Origin: an uncultured Spirochaetota bacterium
Lineage (GTDB): Bacteria; Spirochaetota; Brevinematia; Brevinematales; JAOACQ01
Assembly (NCBI GenBank): GCA_963768055.1
Contig: CAVYGN010000002.1
Coordinates: 512,001 to 576,000 of the forward strand
Reading direction: 5' to 3'
Length of the DNA stretch: 64,000 nt
The notes beneath the pieces were generated by a model. The model did not search any database and was not told the origin of the DNA. It saw only the letters and a program-made list of their open reading frames with translations. The translations under genes and the position numbers were made by a program. This document shows, piece by piece, positions 48,939-59,935 of this stretch; within the stretch, counting starts at the first letter, position 1; every line of letters begins with the position of its first letter.

Positions 48939-49354
48939 TGAATTTCCGGCTGCTTTTAGCCCTCCTCGGTTTCATGATCGTTGTCGGAGGGCCTTCATTA
49001 TGGCTTTATCTGAATATTGTAAAAAAGAAAAGGCTCCTCTACAGCCTTCTTAATCAACCCAAGAAAAAAAGATTTTTCTGGTACAGGCTTCGAACTCAGG
49101 GTTACAATGTCATTTCTCAGAACGAGTTAAAAGAATTAGATTACACCATCAACGGCCAATCGAAGAGCATATCTTTAAAGGCCGATTTTTTAGTGGTGAA
49201 GAAATCAAAAAAATATGTAGGTTTATTCACTCCTGTTTTTGAAGAAAAGGAATACCTGAAGCAGCTTATAGCTTATAGTTTTGTATTCAGGGCAAACGGA
49301 GTAATTTTTTACGACGAAATCGAAAAGAAAATATTGGTGTTGGAATTAAATTAA
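48938..49354 (+). CDS. Hypothetical membrane-anchored protein
   Basis: N-terminal TM; TAATG coupling to STAS gene. Confidence 0.6.
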   Translation: MNFRLLLALLGFMIVVGGPSLWLYLNIVKKKRLLYSLLNQPKKKRFFWYRLRTQGYNVISQNELKELDYTINGQSKSISLKADFLVVKKSKKYVGLFTPVFEEKEYLKQLIAYSFVFRANGVIFYDEIEKKILVLELN

Positions 49355-49421
49355 GGGCACTTCTAATAACTGCCCCCCTTACAAGGGCTGTAGCCCTTTG
49401 GGGCAGCAAGGTAGTGCCCCT
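49354..49421. repeat. Nested palindromic hairpin between convergent genes (REP-like/terminator)
   Basis: GGGCACT/AGTGCCC, CTGCCCC/GGGGCAG, AAGGGCT/AGCCCTT. Confidence 0.6.
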
Positions 49422-49430
49422 GAACCGCCC

Positions 49431-50660
49431 TTAATGCGCTTCTTCCATGAACAGTCCGAGTTCATAGGGAAAAGGTTCCAGCGCCCTTGGAAGCAGGCCG
49501 TTCACGAAAGCAAGAAATAAGCCGTAATTGACGGCGTAAATACCGTTATTTTTCAAAATATCAAGCTGCAGCATTAAACTGTTTCTTGTGGCCATGCATC
49601 CTCCACAGGCTATTACCAGCGAATATTTTTTTAATACGGCCTCTTCGGGAAATGTATGCACGAATTCAAAATCAACCTTCGATTGAATCATCTGCCGGAA
49701 TAACCGCGGTATTTTCACCGATCCAATATCATCAGCCTGCCTGTGATGAGCGCAGGCTTCAAAAATGAGAATTTTACTATCCGGAGGAAATTCCTTCAGG
49801 GCTGCCAGGCTTTTCACAAAATAAGAAAGGTCCCATTTTTTTCTTGCAAATAAAATGGAAAAAGATGTCATTGGCTGGTCCTGGGGGATATCGGCCGCGA
49901 CTTTATTGAAAACCTGGCTGTCAGTTATCAGGAGCCTGGGTTTTATCGTGAGCGAATCATAAAAATATTTCAGCTCCCTTTCCTTGACAATAAGTGCGGC
50001 TGAGTCCCTGTCAAGAATGTCCCTGATGGTCTCAACCTGCGGAAGGATCAGGCGGCCTTTTGGAGCGGCAAGATCTATCGGGGTAACCAGGATGACAAAT
50101 TCATTTTCAGATACCAATCCCTCGACCGGCGTGATTTCCCTTTCTGACCTTCCTGCCTGCCGGATGATCTTATTCCTTAATTCCGTTATACCGGTTTTAT
50201 TGATATTGTCGATTAATATATAAGGCAGAGCCCTATTTTTAAGCCAATCTTTCTTTTGCACATCCATAGCAATGTCGGAGAAAGTGACAGCTATAACGCA
50301 TTTCTTATTATTAATTTTCAGTTTTTCAATTACATTCTCTTCATATCTGTCGGGGGGACGGTCGCTCCGTGTAATAAGCACCGGAATATCAGCCTCGTTG
50401 AGACTTTCCAGGCTTCTCATGATCCTTAGCTGGCCTAATTCTCCTGTATCGTCAAGGCCTGCAGTATCCGTAACAGCTACCGGGCCCAGCCCGATAAGTT
50501 CCATGCTTTTAGTAACAGGATCTGTTGTAGTTCCGGCAACCTCCGATACTATGGATACAGGCCTTTCGAATATATTATTCATCAGAGAAGATTTTCCGGT
50601 ATTTCTGAGCCCGATAAGCACTATCCTTAACCGTTCAGAAAGCGGGGTCGAGTTTCTCAT
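49431..50660 (-). CDS. hydF: [FeFe]-hydrogenase H-cluster maturation GTPase
   Basis: GLRNTGKSS, GTTTDPV, DTAG, APKGRLILPQV, TDSQ, TSFSILFAR, CAH...CGGC. Confidence 0.9.
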   Translation of the reverse strand: MRNSTPLSERLRIVLIGLRNTGKSSLMNNIFERPVSIVSEVAGTTTDPVTKSMELIGLGPVAVTDTAGLDDTGELGQLRIMRSLESLNEADIPVLITRSDRPPDRYEENVIEKLKINNKKCVIAVTFSDIAMDVQKKDWLKNRALPYILIDNINKTGITELRNKIIRQAGRSEREITPVEGLVSENEFVILVTPIDLAAPKGRLILPQVETIRDILDRDSAALIVKERELKYFYDSLTIKPRLLITDSQVFNKVAADIPQDQPMTSFSILFARKKWDLSYFVKSLAALKEFPPDSKILIFEACAHHRQADDIGSVKIPRLFRQMIQSKVDFEFVHTFPEEAVLKKYSLVIACGGCMATRNSLMLQLDILKNNGIYAVNYGLFLAFVNGLLPRALEPFPYELGLFMEEAH

Positions 50661-53125
50661 TTATGTGCCCTTCCAGGGACAGTCATACTGTTTATCAGGT
50701 CATTGTAATTGTTGCCTATGAATACAGTTCCCTTGTAGATAGCCACTATTTTAACAAGCTGTGGCATGCTCATTTGTTCCGATTCCAGGAATATCGGTTC
50801 AACATAAAGTATGTCCATTCCTAATGGAATAAATTTAATATTACCCCGGAAAACCTTTGAACCCTTCTGGCTCCAAAGGGTAAAAAAACTGGACATCCTG
50901 TCATCCTGGTTTATTTTTGTCTCGATCTGCATAGGACCGTAAGCTGCAGTGGATTCATCCGGATAATAAAGAGAAACGTTCATTCCCCTGGAATAATATG
51001 ACATCATCCAGCCCGAGATATTTTCCCTGCCCCTCGGTGTAAATGGTTCAATAATTGAAAAATGCATGGTATAATTTGAAGAATTTATATCCTTATCTGT
51101 TTTAAAGTCGCTTAGCATATAATAAGGATCAAAATTAGTGATATGATCGCCGTAAATATGCTTGGGTATTTCCCAGACATTGTCTCCATTATAGAAGCTA
51201 TCCTCGTTATCGGTATGATAACGGCACATTACCCTTGCCTGAAGCTGGAAAAGGGAATGGGGATAGCGGAAATGTGATTCCAGTTCACCGGGTATTTCCG
51301 TCCTGAACAATCCCGGAAATATCGATTTAAAAGATAATGCGATCGGGTCTTTGTCATCGACCAGATAATATGTTATATCGCCGGAATAAGCGTCAACGGT
51401 AACCTTCACAGAATTCCGTATATAGTTGATCTTCCCGTAAGGTGTATCGAATTTTTCAGCCAGAGGGAACCTGTCTGTAACGGTATATGCGTCGATAATC
51501 CAGACAAGCCTTCCGTTTAATATAACCGGATAAGGATCGGTATCGTATTTGAGAAAAGGAAAAGCCGTTTTTAAACGTTCAATGATGTTATTATGGAATA
51601 TGATCCTGGAATCTTTCGTGAGATAACTTGAAAGCAATATATTCTTCTCTTTTAAGGTAATGCTGAAAAGTATTTTTGAAAACAAATCCCCGACCGGCAC
51701 CCCTCGTTCGAGCGAATAACGGTTGGTGATCCTGTTAGTTTCAGTTGTGTATTCGAATTCGTCCGCTTTGGTATTGACTATAATATACTGTGAAGTAAGT
51801 TCGCCGAAATAAATCTGCGGGACATCCAGTTCCAGGTTCGAGTATAAAGCCGGCCTGTCAATACCCCCGACCCAGAAAACAGGGCTTCCGTCGTTGTCGA
51901 CAAGCTGGGATGGAGAAACAACGACGCCATGTCCATGGGTATATCTCAGATGTATGTTATCCCAATTAAGCGCTTCAGAAGGAAGATTTGAAATATTAAG
52001 TTCCCTCACTGCAATAAGGACCTGAACAAGATTTGAACCCGGCGGATGCAACGGTATCGGATAAGCGTCTACATCAACATCCGCAAAATCGAAATAAGTT
52101 TTAAGAGACTGGATCTGGTCGACGACTTTTTTATAGGGGTCGCTGTCCCATATACGGAGCGAATTAACGGCTGTCTCAAGGCCTTTCTCCGTGTTATCCA
52201 AATTCGGGTAATAAACCTTTGTAAAGATCAACCCGAAAGAAGTCCTTGTAGAGTCAATACGGTATTTCACAAAAGACCTTTGCAGCATCAGCTCATTCGG
52301 TTTTACAAAATAATTTTCCATAATAACCGGATAAAGACCTGTCAGGCCGAAATAAAGAATAACAAGAACCGCCGTGCAGGCTAATAGCTCGACCGGACGA
52401 AGGCCCTTAAACGACCTGATGATGATAAATAATACCGTCAGGATGACTATTATCCCCCATATTGCCGATCCCAGGATCAGGGCATAAAATTCTGAATAAC
52501 CGATGCCAAGCTTCAGGTTGGGCTGGCTGATGAGAAATTCCATTGTATTAAGGCTGTAGAGTGAAATCCATAAAATAATGTTTAAAAAAAATAGGCCCGC
52601 CCTAGAAAATTGAAACCTGAAAGAACCCTCCATGAAAAATTCTCTACCGTTTCTATAAAGAATTATATCGAATAATAAAGTGAAGGTAATAATTATATTG
52701 ACTATAAATAAAACAGACCTTAATAAGGGCAGAACCGCTATGTAAAAATAAGCGTCCAGATGGAAAAATGGATCCGTGTAATCGTTCATCTTCAAGAACG
52801 GATCTATCATCAAAAGCTTCCAGTTAATGAGCCCGTAAATACCGCATAATACCGCCAGGGTTATTATAGATATGTTAAGAAGAATATTATTTTTTAAATT
52901 TCTGAAAAAATAAAACCAGAAAAAGCAATAAATAAGCGATAAAATTAACGGGCAAAGCATGGCAACTGTTTTAAGAATAAAGACGCCGGAAAATACTCCG
53001 GCGAAACCGGTATTCTTAAGCCAGAGCCAATTGACCAACCCTTGAAATATAAAAAGCCAGCAGGCAATAAAAATTACAACAAAAATAATTATTATAAGGA
53101 AAAGATAAAATAATAATCTTTTCAT
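50657..53125 (-). CDS. UPF0182 family membrane protein
   Basis: DPFF..DAYFY, VKPNE, RIWD, HLRYTHGHG, WIIDAYT, NYIRNSVK. Confidence 0.9.
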   Translation of the reverse strand: MKRLLFYLFLIIIIFVVIFIACWLFIFQGLVNWLWLKNTGFAGVFSGVFILKTVAMLCPLILSLIYCFFWFYFFRNLKNNILLNISIITLAVLCGIYGLINWKLLMIDPFLKMNDYTDPFFHLDAYFYIAVLPLLRSVLFIVNIIITFTLLFDIILYRNGREFFMEGSFRFQFSRAGLFFLNIILWISLYSLNTMEFLISQPNLKLGIGYSEFYALILGSAIWGIIVILTVLFIIIRSFKGLRPVELLACTAVLVILYFGLTGLYPVIMENYFVKPNELMLQRSFVKYRIDSTRTSFGLIFTKVYYPNLDNTEKGLETAVNSLRIWDSDPYKKVVDQIQSLKTYFDFADVDVDAYPIPLHPPGSNLVQVLIAVRELNISNLPSEALNWDNIHLRYTHGHGVVVSPSQLVDNDGSPVFWVGGIDRPALYSNLELDVPQIYFGELTSQYIIVNTKADEFEYTTETNRITNRYSLERGVPVGDLFSKILFSITLKEKNILLSSYLTKDSRIIFHNNIIERLKTAFPFLKYDTDPYPVILNGRLVWIIDAYTVTDRFPLAEKFDTPYGKINYIRNSVKVTVDAYSGDITYYLVDDKDPIALSFKSIFPGLFRTEIPGELESHFRYPHSLFQLQARVMCRYHTDNEDSFYNGDNVWEIPKHIYGDHITNFDPYYMLSDFKTDKDINSSNYTMHFSIIEPFTPRGRENISGWMMSYYSRGMNVSLYYPDESTAAYGPMQIETKINQDDRMSSFFTLWSQKGSKVFRGNIKFIPLGMDILYVEPIFLESEQMSMPQLVKIVAIYKGTVFIGNNYNDLINSMTVPGRAHK

Positions 53126-53727
53126 TACAGGCTCTCATTCAGGCGATCTTTTGAGATCTCTATCAGAATTTTCTCAGATACGACCGCATCCATCGGATAG
53201 TCGCTGGCGGTATGAGGCAGTTCATCCAAGATCTGAAAATCATAACATACCCCGATGGTTTTTTTTATCCTTGCCTCTTTCAGGAACCTGTCAAAATAAC
53301 TTTTACCGTAACCGATCCTGCTGCCGTCTTTTCCGAATGCAATACCGGGAATAAGAGCAAGGTCTATCTCGTCATTGAAAGGTCTTGTATCCGGCTCAGG
53401 GATGTTGTAAGCCCCGGGCCTGAAATCAAAAAAAAGGTCGTCTATTATATAAGGTGTTATTGATTTATAAGCTATTAACTTTGGGAACAGCACCTTTTTT
53501 TTATCCAGATACAAATCCCTGGCCAGGGGGATCAGGTCCACCTCGTTATTAATAGGAACATACAGCAGGACTGAATCAATTTTGTCGCTAATGATCATTT
53601 TAAGCCTATTTATGATCCTTCCCGACATTATTTCCGCCTCCTGTTTTTTCAGCGCTCTTCTCATTTCAAGATATTTTTTCCTGATGTCCTTTTTCTTATC
53701 AAAAATCGCATCTAAAGAAATGCTCAC
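53125..53727 (-). CDS. ygfA: 5-formyltetrahydrofolate cyclo-ligase
   Basis: EVD, IPEP, PGIAF...RIGYGKSYFDRFL. Confidence 0.92.
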   Translation of the reverse strand: MSISLDAIFDKKKDIRKKYLEMRRALKKQEAEIMSGRIINRLKMIISDKIDSVLLYVPINNEVDLIPLARDLYLDKKKVLFPKLIAYKSITPYIIDDLFFDFRPGAYNIPEPDTRPFNDEIDLALIPGIAFGKDGSRIGYGKSYFDRFLKEARIKKTIGVCYDFQILDELPHTASDYPMDAVVSEKILIEISKDRLNESL

Positions 53728-54413
53728 TAATTACTCCCTTTATTAGTATCCTTAGTTTCGAGGGGGGTCTTTTCAATCTCCTTTATAGCGTCGTTTATAT
53801 AACCACGCATATTCTGGGGGGCGTTGTTGATCATAGTAAGAAGAATCGAAACGGAAGTTCTCGATTTATGTGCGGCTATTGAATCGACCAGAGCTTTTAC
53901 CACCCTTGCATCGGAATAATTATTCACTACCACGCAAAATTGGTGAAGGTATAGAAGAGCCGTATCGGATGTCGAAATGTCGCCCAGGGCCTGTAAAATG
54001 CATACAAGACTCACATTGTCGGCAGTCTCTTTAAGCAGCTTTGACAGGGTGACCGCGTCGGCATTATCCCCGATCTTTCCAAGTACCAGAACCCCCATAT
54101 CGAACAGATATTTGAAATCCGCCCTCTGTTCTGTCTTGCCCTGGTTAGCGACAGGATCCGATTCGGCAACTATTTCCTCCACCCTCTTCTTGGCTGCCGT
54201 TATTTTAAGCATTCCGATCCTTTTCAAAGCTGAAAACTCTACATCCAGTTCTTTATCATAAAGACTGGAGATAAGCATATTGCCGTCTTTGATTTCCGCG
54301 AAGTCCGCATCGTATTTGCTCTTATAGGGGTATTCAGTAATATCATAAGAATAGCCCTTAATAACAAAAAACAAAAGGATTATAACGACCAGTTTCCACA
54401 TTTTAAACATCAA
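53727..54413 (-). CDS. Exported HEAT-repeat protein
   Basis: Signal peptide; ALKRIG, VLGKIG, ALGDI helical repeats. Confidence 0.7.
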   Translation of the reverse strand: MMFKMWKLVVIILLFFVIKGYSYDITEYPYKSKYDADFAEIKDGNMLISSLYDKELDVEFSALKRIGMLKITAAKKRVEEIVAESDPVANQGKTEQRADFKYLFDMGVLVLGKIGDNADAVTLSKLLKETADNVSLVCILQALGDISTSDTALLYLHQFCVVVNNYSDARVVKALVDSIAAHKSRTSVSILLTMINNAPQNMRGYINDAIKEIEKTPLETKDTNKGSN

Positions 54414-54458
54414 ATTCCTCCCCGAATTAAATATATCTTTTTTATAAAATCATAGTCA

Positions 54459-56200
54459 TTAACCATTAAATTGGTCCAGGTCAAGATGGAGATATAAATT
54501 TTTCTCTAATATCAATCCTAAAGGGCTTAAATCTCCATCTGTAAGGAGAAAATGGGAGGCGCAGGTGAAATAATACGCATCTTCAATTATCTCCAAGGGT
54601 TTTTTCCCGTCAGCGTACCTTGATCCGTCAAGCTTTTTGTCAAATTCCAGCGGTATATCAGGATTAATAATGATCTTCCCTCCGCGCTGATAATCGCATA
54701 TCAGATATAGAAGTTTCTTGGAGAATTCTTCAAAAAATTCCTTCGCTTCTTTACGCATTGATCTTGAAATCTGGCTTCTCTGGAGAGAATATTGGTTTGA
54801 CCGCGAAGTTCTCTCCTGAAAGCTTACAAAGGCATCGCTTTCCATTTTTTTAATTTCCTTAATAATTTTCAGATACTCGTTCACTCTTTCAAGAATATTG
54901 TTGAGTTTATAATAAGAATCCAGGAGATCCCTCTTCATATCGCTTCTCTTTCCATCGACAAAAGTTATATTAAGTCCGATCTTGTTGGAATTGAATAACA
55001 ATGAAAATTCCTTATCAAAAAAATCGATCAGGCAAAGCGTTATAAACACTCTATCCCTAAGCTGGAAAAGTGACCTGATATCATGCTGTTCGCTGAAAGA
55101 ATTTAATATCGTCCTGAGCTTAATATTATTTTCAATTATTTGCAGACCTTTTTTGATAGGGTCGTTTTCTTCCATACTAATTTGTCCGGAACTTATGTCT
55201 GCCGGGCCTTTATCCTCAGTAAATTGATTTTCCTCATTTTCCTTCTTATCTTTTCTGGCGGTTGCCGCAATTTCAGATTTCCATTTATTTGTATAATAAC
55301 CGATAACATCTTCTTCATTAAATTTAAGGTAATCCTTAAAATTTAAAATCGCTTCAATTGAATCTTTCTTATAATACCAGTCAATCAGCATAAATAGTTT
55401 CGGGTATATCTTCAGAAAGATAAAATCCACATTTGAATAAAGTTTTTTTAAATTATCATAGGAAATTGCCGGATCCAGACCGCGGATATTTTTTTCAGCA
55501 ATAAGGGCTTTTTCAATCGCACTCTTTAAATAAGCATGGTAGGGCTGAATAACCAGAATGGATTTAAATATCTGGAGCAGGATACTCTTTATATCCCTGA
55601 CCAGGTGCTGAGAATTTCTTAAAACACCTAACTGGTCGAATAATTCAGGATTGTAGAGATTATCGTAACGGTAGATCAATTCATAATTATAAGGGAAAAC
55701 ACTGTCAAGGAATGATGATTTCTTGATTTCGTTTGCTACTAATTTATCCTGGTAAAGTACGGAAGCCAGGATCATCCTCGAATTCAGAAGTACATTTTGA
55801 AATTGGTAGATGATAAGTTCCCTGAAAGAACTTTTGAAATGCTCACCGTTCAGCGACAGGATCCCGCTTATATAGCACCCAAGTTTCGCTGAAAATCTTT
55901 CGATCCACTTATTAATCGGATTGTCCTGAGGATCTATAGGATTAAATGCGGATTTCTTTAGTTCGCGGGGCTGATATTGCGTCTTTTCCCCGGTACCTGA
56001 TAAATTTAGATCCCTTTCTTTTTTTGCTTTTTCTTTCTTCAATTCTTCTTTTTTTTTCTGGGATTTTTTATCTTTCTTGTTAAAATCGACTACCTGTCCG
56101 CCTGCCTCGACAAATTTATTGAACATATCCTTCTTTATCTTTTCATCAAGAGAATCGAGTTTAAGTTTTTCCCTCATCTCATCGAGCTTATCTTTGCGCA
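54459..56200 (-). CDS. Hypothetical helical cytoplasmic protein
   Basis: About 580-aa ORF; ATG at 56200 after GGAG. Confidence 0.7.
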
Positions 56201-56847
56201 TAGAAATCTCCAAACCACTCAAAAAGGGATTTTCCCGAATTATCGTAAATCTCTTTGTAACCGGCAGTATCTATATTAAAATCATAGTTGTCGTATGCAG
56301 TCACATCAAAAATAAGAGTATCTCCATCCATTAGGCATTTGATCCTCTCAGGTTTACCGTCCTCAAATCTTTTCTCTATTTCTATTTTAATGTTTCGATT
56401 GAAATATGTAAATATTATTTGTTTAATATAAGGGCCGTCCATAAGTATTTCCCTGACCCCGGGATCCTTGTTTATATCGTATTTATTCAGGACTATCACG
56501 GTGTAAAGATAATGGGTCATCAGAATTGAAAAAACGTTGTCATTTTTTTCATATACTAACTTTTCATCCGGAACGATCACTGAATTTCTGCCGCTGGAAT
56601 CCGAAAGGAAATCGAATATATGCCTGTTTAAAACATTGTCGAAAATCCTTAATTTAAGTATTCGGTCCCTTTTTAGTACCGCATCTCCGCTCCCGTTCAG
56701 GTCATGGCTCGAATTTTTCAAAAATAAAAAAAAATTAAAATACACAAGATCTGCTGAATTGTTCCTGATAAGGTCACCTCTCGTAGCGCAGGAATTGAAA
56801 TTTGAAAGAAGAACAATCAATAAAATAAATGCCGCAGCTTTTTTCAT
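56188..56847 (-). CDS. Hypothetical lipoprotein
   Basis: Signal peptide with FNSC lipobox-like. Confidence 0.6.
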   Translation of the reverse strand: MKKAAAFILLIVLLSNFNSCATRGDLIRNNSADLVYFNFFLFLKNSSHDLNGSGDAVLKRDRILKLRIFDNVLNRHIFDFLSDSSGRNSVIVPDEKLVYEKNDNVFSILMTHYLYTVIVLNKYDINKDPGVREILMDGPYIKQIIFTYFNRNIKIEIEKRFEDGKPERIKCLMDGDTLIFDVTAYDNYDFNIDTAGYKEIYDNSGKSLFEWFGDFYAQR

Positions 56848-56850
56848 ATC

Positions 56851-58167
56851 TTATCCGGTTATCGAGGCTTTCCTGAACATGATATGCGGAGCATAAAGAG
56901 AACCTTTTTTATAAGTCCTGGATTCAATAGAATCGATTGATTTCAGAAGATCGTAAACATTGCCCGTCAGCATGGTATCCTTGACCCGTCCCTTTACCCG
57001 GCCGTTCTCTACAAGATAGCCTAATTCTACATTTACTGAAAAATCCCCGGCCAGCATGTTTGACATTCCGCTTCCAAGAAATTCACAGACATAAAGGCCG
57101 TATTTCATCGAACCGATCATCTCGTCAAAACTGGAATCGCCTGTCCCGATAATAAGGTTGGAAAATGAGGGAGAAGGCATTGAAGCGGTGCTTCTCGAGC
57201 CATGTCCTGTGCTTTTGCCGTTCAATCTTTTTGCTGTCGTAAGATCGTAAATAAAATTTTTAAATATACCATCTTCGATTATGGGAAGCTTATCGGGTAT
57301 AACCCCTTCGTCGTCAAAAGGATAGCTCCCCAATCCATTTTCAAGCACCGGGTTATCGATCAGGGTAAATGCAGGGGCCGCTATAGCCTTTCCAAGTTTA
57401 TCAGAAAGAACTGAAATTCCCTTATAAAGGGTCTTGGCATTTGCAGCAATTTCTATGGACTCCAATAACAGACTCAGGGCTTCGGGGCTGAATATAACGG
57501 GAAAATACCCCGTATTCATCGAAACCTTGTTCAAAGCGTTCTTGTAACGCCACTCTATCGTTGAGCAAATATTCTCAATGTTTACATCATCCGAGTATGA
57601 AGCATCTCCATCATCGACTGATAAGAGTCCTCCAGCTTCATCGACAAGAAGCATCCCGGCGGATACGCTAAAATAAGTAACATCGTAGCAACCACAGAAT
57701 CCGTTAGTATTCGAAAGATAATGACGTGAATATGAAGTTGAAACACCGGCGTTAATTTTAGCTTCTTTATCAACGTCTTTAAGCCTTTTTATTATTTCTT
57801 CGCCGATAAATATGGCGTTTTCCTCCCTGTAGTTCTTAACGCCTGGGAAAAACATATGCATCGGAACGTTATCGCCGGCCCCAGGCAGTTCGAAATCTAC
57901 AGCATCGCCAAGGTTTGAACTGTCCATGGCATTTTTTATTAAAATGTCTTTATCTTCGAGGGAGTTTATGTGCGAATTTCCGACCCTCCCGCCTTCGAAT
58001 ACACGGAGTCCGATACTGAATCGGCTTATGTCTTCTATTGATTTTAACTGATCCATTTCAAAGTCTACCGGCCTGGATTCCGAATAGACAGAAATTATAT
58101 CGCCCTTGCGTATTGATGAACATATTTCCTTAATCGTCCTTTCCATATCCGAAAAGACCATTTTCAA
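56851..58167 (-). CDS. pmbA: TldD/PmbA family protein (PmbA/TldE-like)
   Basis: IGLRV, FDDEG, STGHG, SNL, GDFS, ENGRV. Confidence 0.8.
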   Translation of the reverse strand: MKMVFSDMERTIKEICSSIRKGDIISVYSESRPVDFEMDQLKSIEDISRFSIGLRVFEGGRVGNSHINSLEDKDILIKNAMDSSNLGDAVDFELPGAGDNVPMHMFFPGVKNYREENAIFIGEEIIKRLKDVDKEAKINAGVSTSYSRHYLSNTNGFCGCYDVTYFSVSAGMLLVDEAGGLLSVDDGDASYSDDVNIENICSTIEWRYKNALNKVSMNTGYFPVIFSPEALSLLLESIEIAANAKTLYKGISVLSDKLGKAIAAPAFTLIDNPVLENGLGSYPFDDEGVIPDKLPIIEDGIFKNFIYDLTTAKRLNGKSTGHGSRSTASMPSPSFSNLIIGTGDSSFDEMIGSMKYGLYVCEFLGSGMSNMLAGDFSVNVELGYLVENGRVKGRVKDTMLTGNVYDLLKSIDSIESRTYKKGSLYAPHIMFRKASITG

Positions 58168-58286
58168 TACCTCTTTTCTTCAGGACATGTGCACCGGGGC
58201 TTCCGTTATTAGTGGCGCCATAAGATATTAAAAAACAATCTCACGAATGTCAAGGAATACAGGGAAGAAGGGATTAATCAGAAAAT

Positions 58287-58736
58287 TTACTGCATCCCCA
58301 GTTCTTTCAATTTAGAATTCGCCTCATCCTTGACCGATTGCGGGGAAGTAGGTTCATTAATAACATCCTTGAGTCTCGTCTGGGCCTTATCCCTGGCGTC
58401 GTTGATAAGGAATGTAATATCATCCGTAGTCATGCCGGATTTTACAACCTTGTCCCTGTCGGTCCGGATAAACTTTATCAATAACATGTAAGCTTCGGCG
58501 GTATTCAATTTCGAACTTGAAGTTGAGTTGGCCTTTTCTGCGTCTAAAGCGCTTTTAAGAACTGACATAACATTTTCAAACGAGGTATCTTTCATTTTAT
58601 CCGGATTGGAATTTGTAATGACCTCGGGTTTTACTGCCGGTTTTACTTCCTGTTTTGCAGCAGAGGTCCCTGCACAGGACGCCGTTAAACCGATCGCCGC
58701 ACATGCGGATATAATAAAAATCATAATCCTCTTCAT
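58287..58736 (-). CDS. Hypothetical lipoprotein
   Basis: ATG 58736 after GGAGG; lipobox TASC. Confidence 0.65.
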   Translation of the reverse strand: MKRIMIFIISACAAIGLTASCAGTSAAKQEVKPAVKPEVITNSNPDKMKDTSFENVMSVLKSALDAEKANSTSSSKLNTAEAYMLLIKFIRTDRDKVVKSGMTTDDITFLINDARDKAQTRLKDVINEPTSPQSVKDEANSKLKELGMQ

Positions 58737-58764
58737 AATCTTACCTCCCGGATTTTTTCTTAAA

Positions 58765-59187
58765 TTACCATTTAATTGCCCCGATAGCATGCCAGGCCTC
58801 TTTTACGGTCTGTTCCCTATGCTTTGACGAATTAAGGGCGATTTTCAAAAGGGCGGGAAAGCCCTTTTTGCTGCCGCTTTTTTCCAATAATATTTCCAGA
58901 TTCTCCGCTATTACGTCGTCATAATACATTACCTGGTCGTTTTCTGCAAATTGATCATTATCATAAAAATGATCCAGCAGATCAACCATCATATCGATAA
59001 CCGAATCGTTAGTGTAATTGTCCCTGAAAACTTTCAGCATTTTTTCCTTTTCTTCATAATTGCCTTTTTTCGAAAAGGTAAGGTAAGCCCTTTTATAATT
59101 TTCTTCGGGCGTCGCATTATCAACGGCCTGCTGGGCGAAACATAATGAACAGCTAAAAACCATCGATAATACAAGGATTATTTTCAT
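58765..59187 (-). CDS. Exported protein, paralogous to C-terminus of 59195..59935
   Basis: Signal peptide; C-terminus F.ALL....HR..T...AW.A...KW. Confidence 0.65.
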   Translation of the reverse strand: MKIILVLSMVFSCSLCFAQQAVDNATPEENYKRAYLTFSKKGNYEEKEKMLKVFRDNYTNDSVIDMMVDLLDHFYDNDQFAENDQVMYYDDVIAENLEILLEKSGSKKGFPALLKIALNSSKHREQTVKEAWHAIGAIKW

Positions 59188-59194
59188 GACTAAT

Positions 59195-59935
59195 TTACCA
59201 TTTGAGTTTTTTCATCGCTTCCCATGCGGCATTTATAGTCTCGTCCCTATGAGTTTCCGGGCTCATTACAGTCCGCAGAAGGACTGAAAAAGCCCTGGGG
59301 TCCCCAAGGTCTCCCAGGGTCTCTATTATAGCCTGGGCCACCTTGTCGTCTTCAAACCTCTTTTCATCCGCCTCTGTAAATTTACCCCTTGTTACGCCAT
59401 ATTGATTTTTCAGAAGATCAACCAATTTCGGTACAATCATTCCCGAATTGCCCAGCGAAGGAAGGATTTTAGCTGCAGCCACCCTGGTTTTTAAAGAGTT
59501 GTCCCTTTCAACGACATTAAGGAGTACTGGAATAAATAAAGAATTCGAACTTTCCCCTATAGCCTGGATAGCGACGACACGGGCATCCGGAGATACTATC
59601 GTCATTTTACTTGAAGTGTTGCCGCCTTTAATATCCCACTCCACTACGCTCTGAAGGAAACCGTATTTTTCTGACGGGACGTTTGTAATTCTTGCGGCAA
59701 GAAACACTATCTTGAACTGCATGTCAAAGCTTCCCTGTTTCCCGATTGTATCGCTAAATTCAGATTTAAGATACGGTATAACCGCATCAGGCAGTTTTAT
59801 ATCTTTCGGGATTTGATTGATAGGGACGTCCGGACTTAAGAACACTCCCAATTCCTCGGCGGTAGCGCCCATGGCCTGCCGGCTTAATCCAATTATTAAA
59901 AGAAAAGACGAAATCATCAAGATTTTCTTTTTCAT
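59195..59935 (-). CDS. Exported HEAT-repeat protein
   Basis: ARVVAIQAIGE, TRVAAAKIL, ETLGDLGDPRA. Confidence 0.75.
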   Translation of the reverse strand: MKKKILMISSFLLIIGLSRQAMGATAEELGVFLSPDVPINQIPKDIKLPDAVIPYLKSEFSDTIGKQGSFDMQFKIVFLAARITNVPSEKYGFLQSVVEWDIKGGNTSSKMTIVSPDARVVAIQAIGESSNSLFIPVLLNVVERDNSLKTRVAAAKILPSLGNSGMIVPKLVDLLKNQYGVTRGKFTEADEKRFEDDKVAQAIIETLGDLGDPRAFSVLLRTVMSPETHRDETINAAWEAMKKLKW

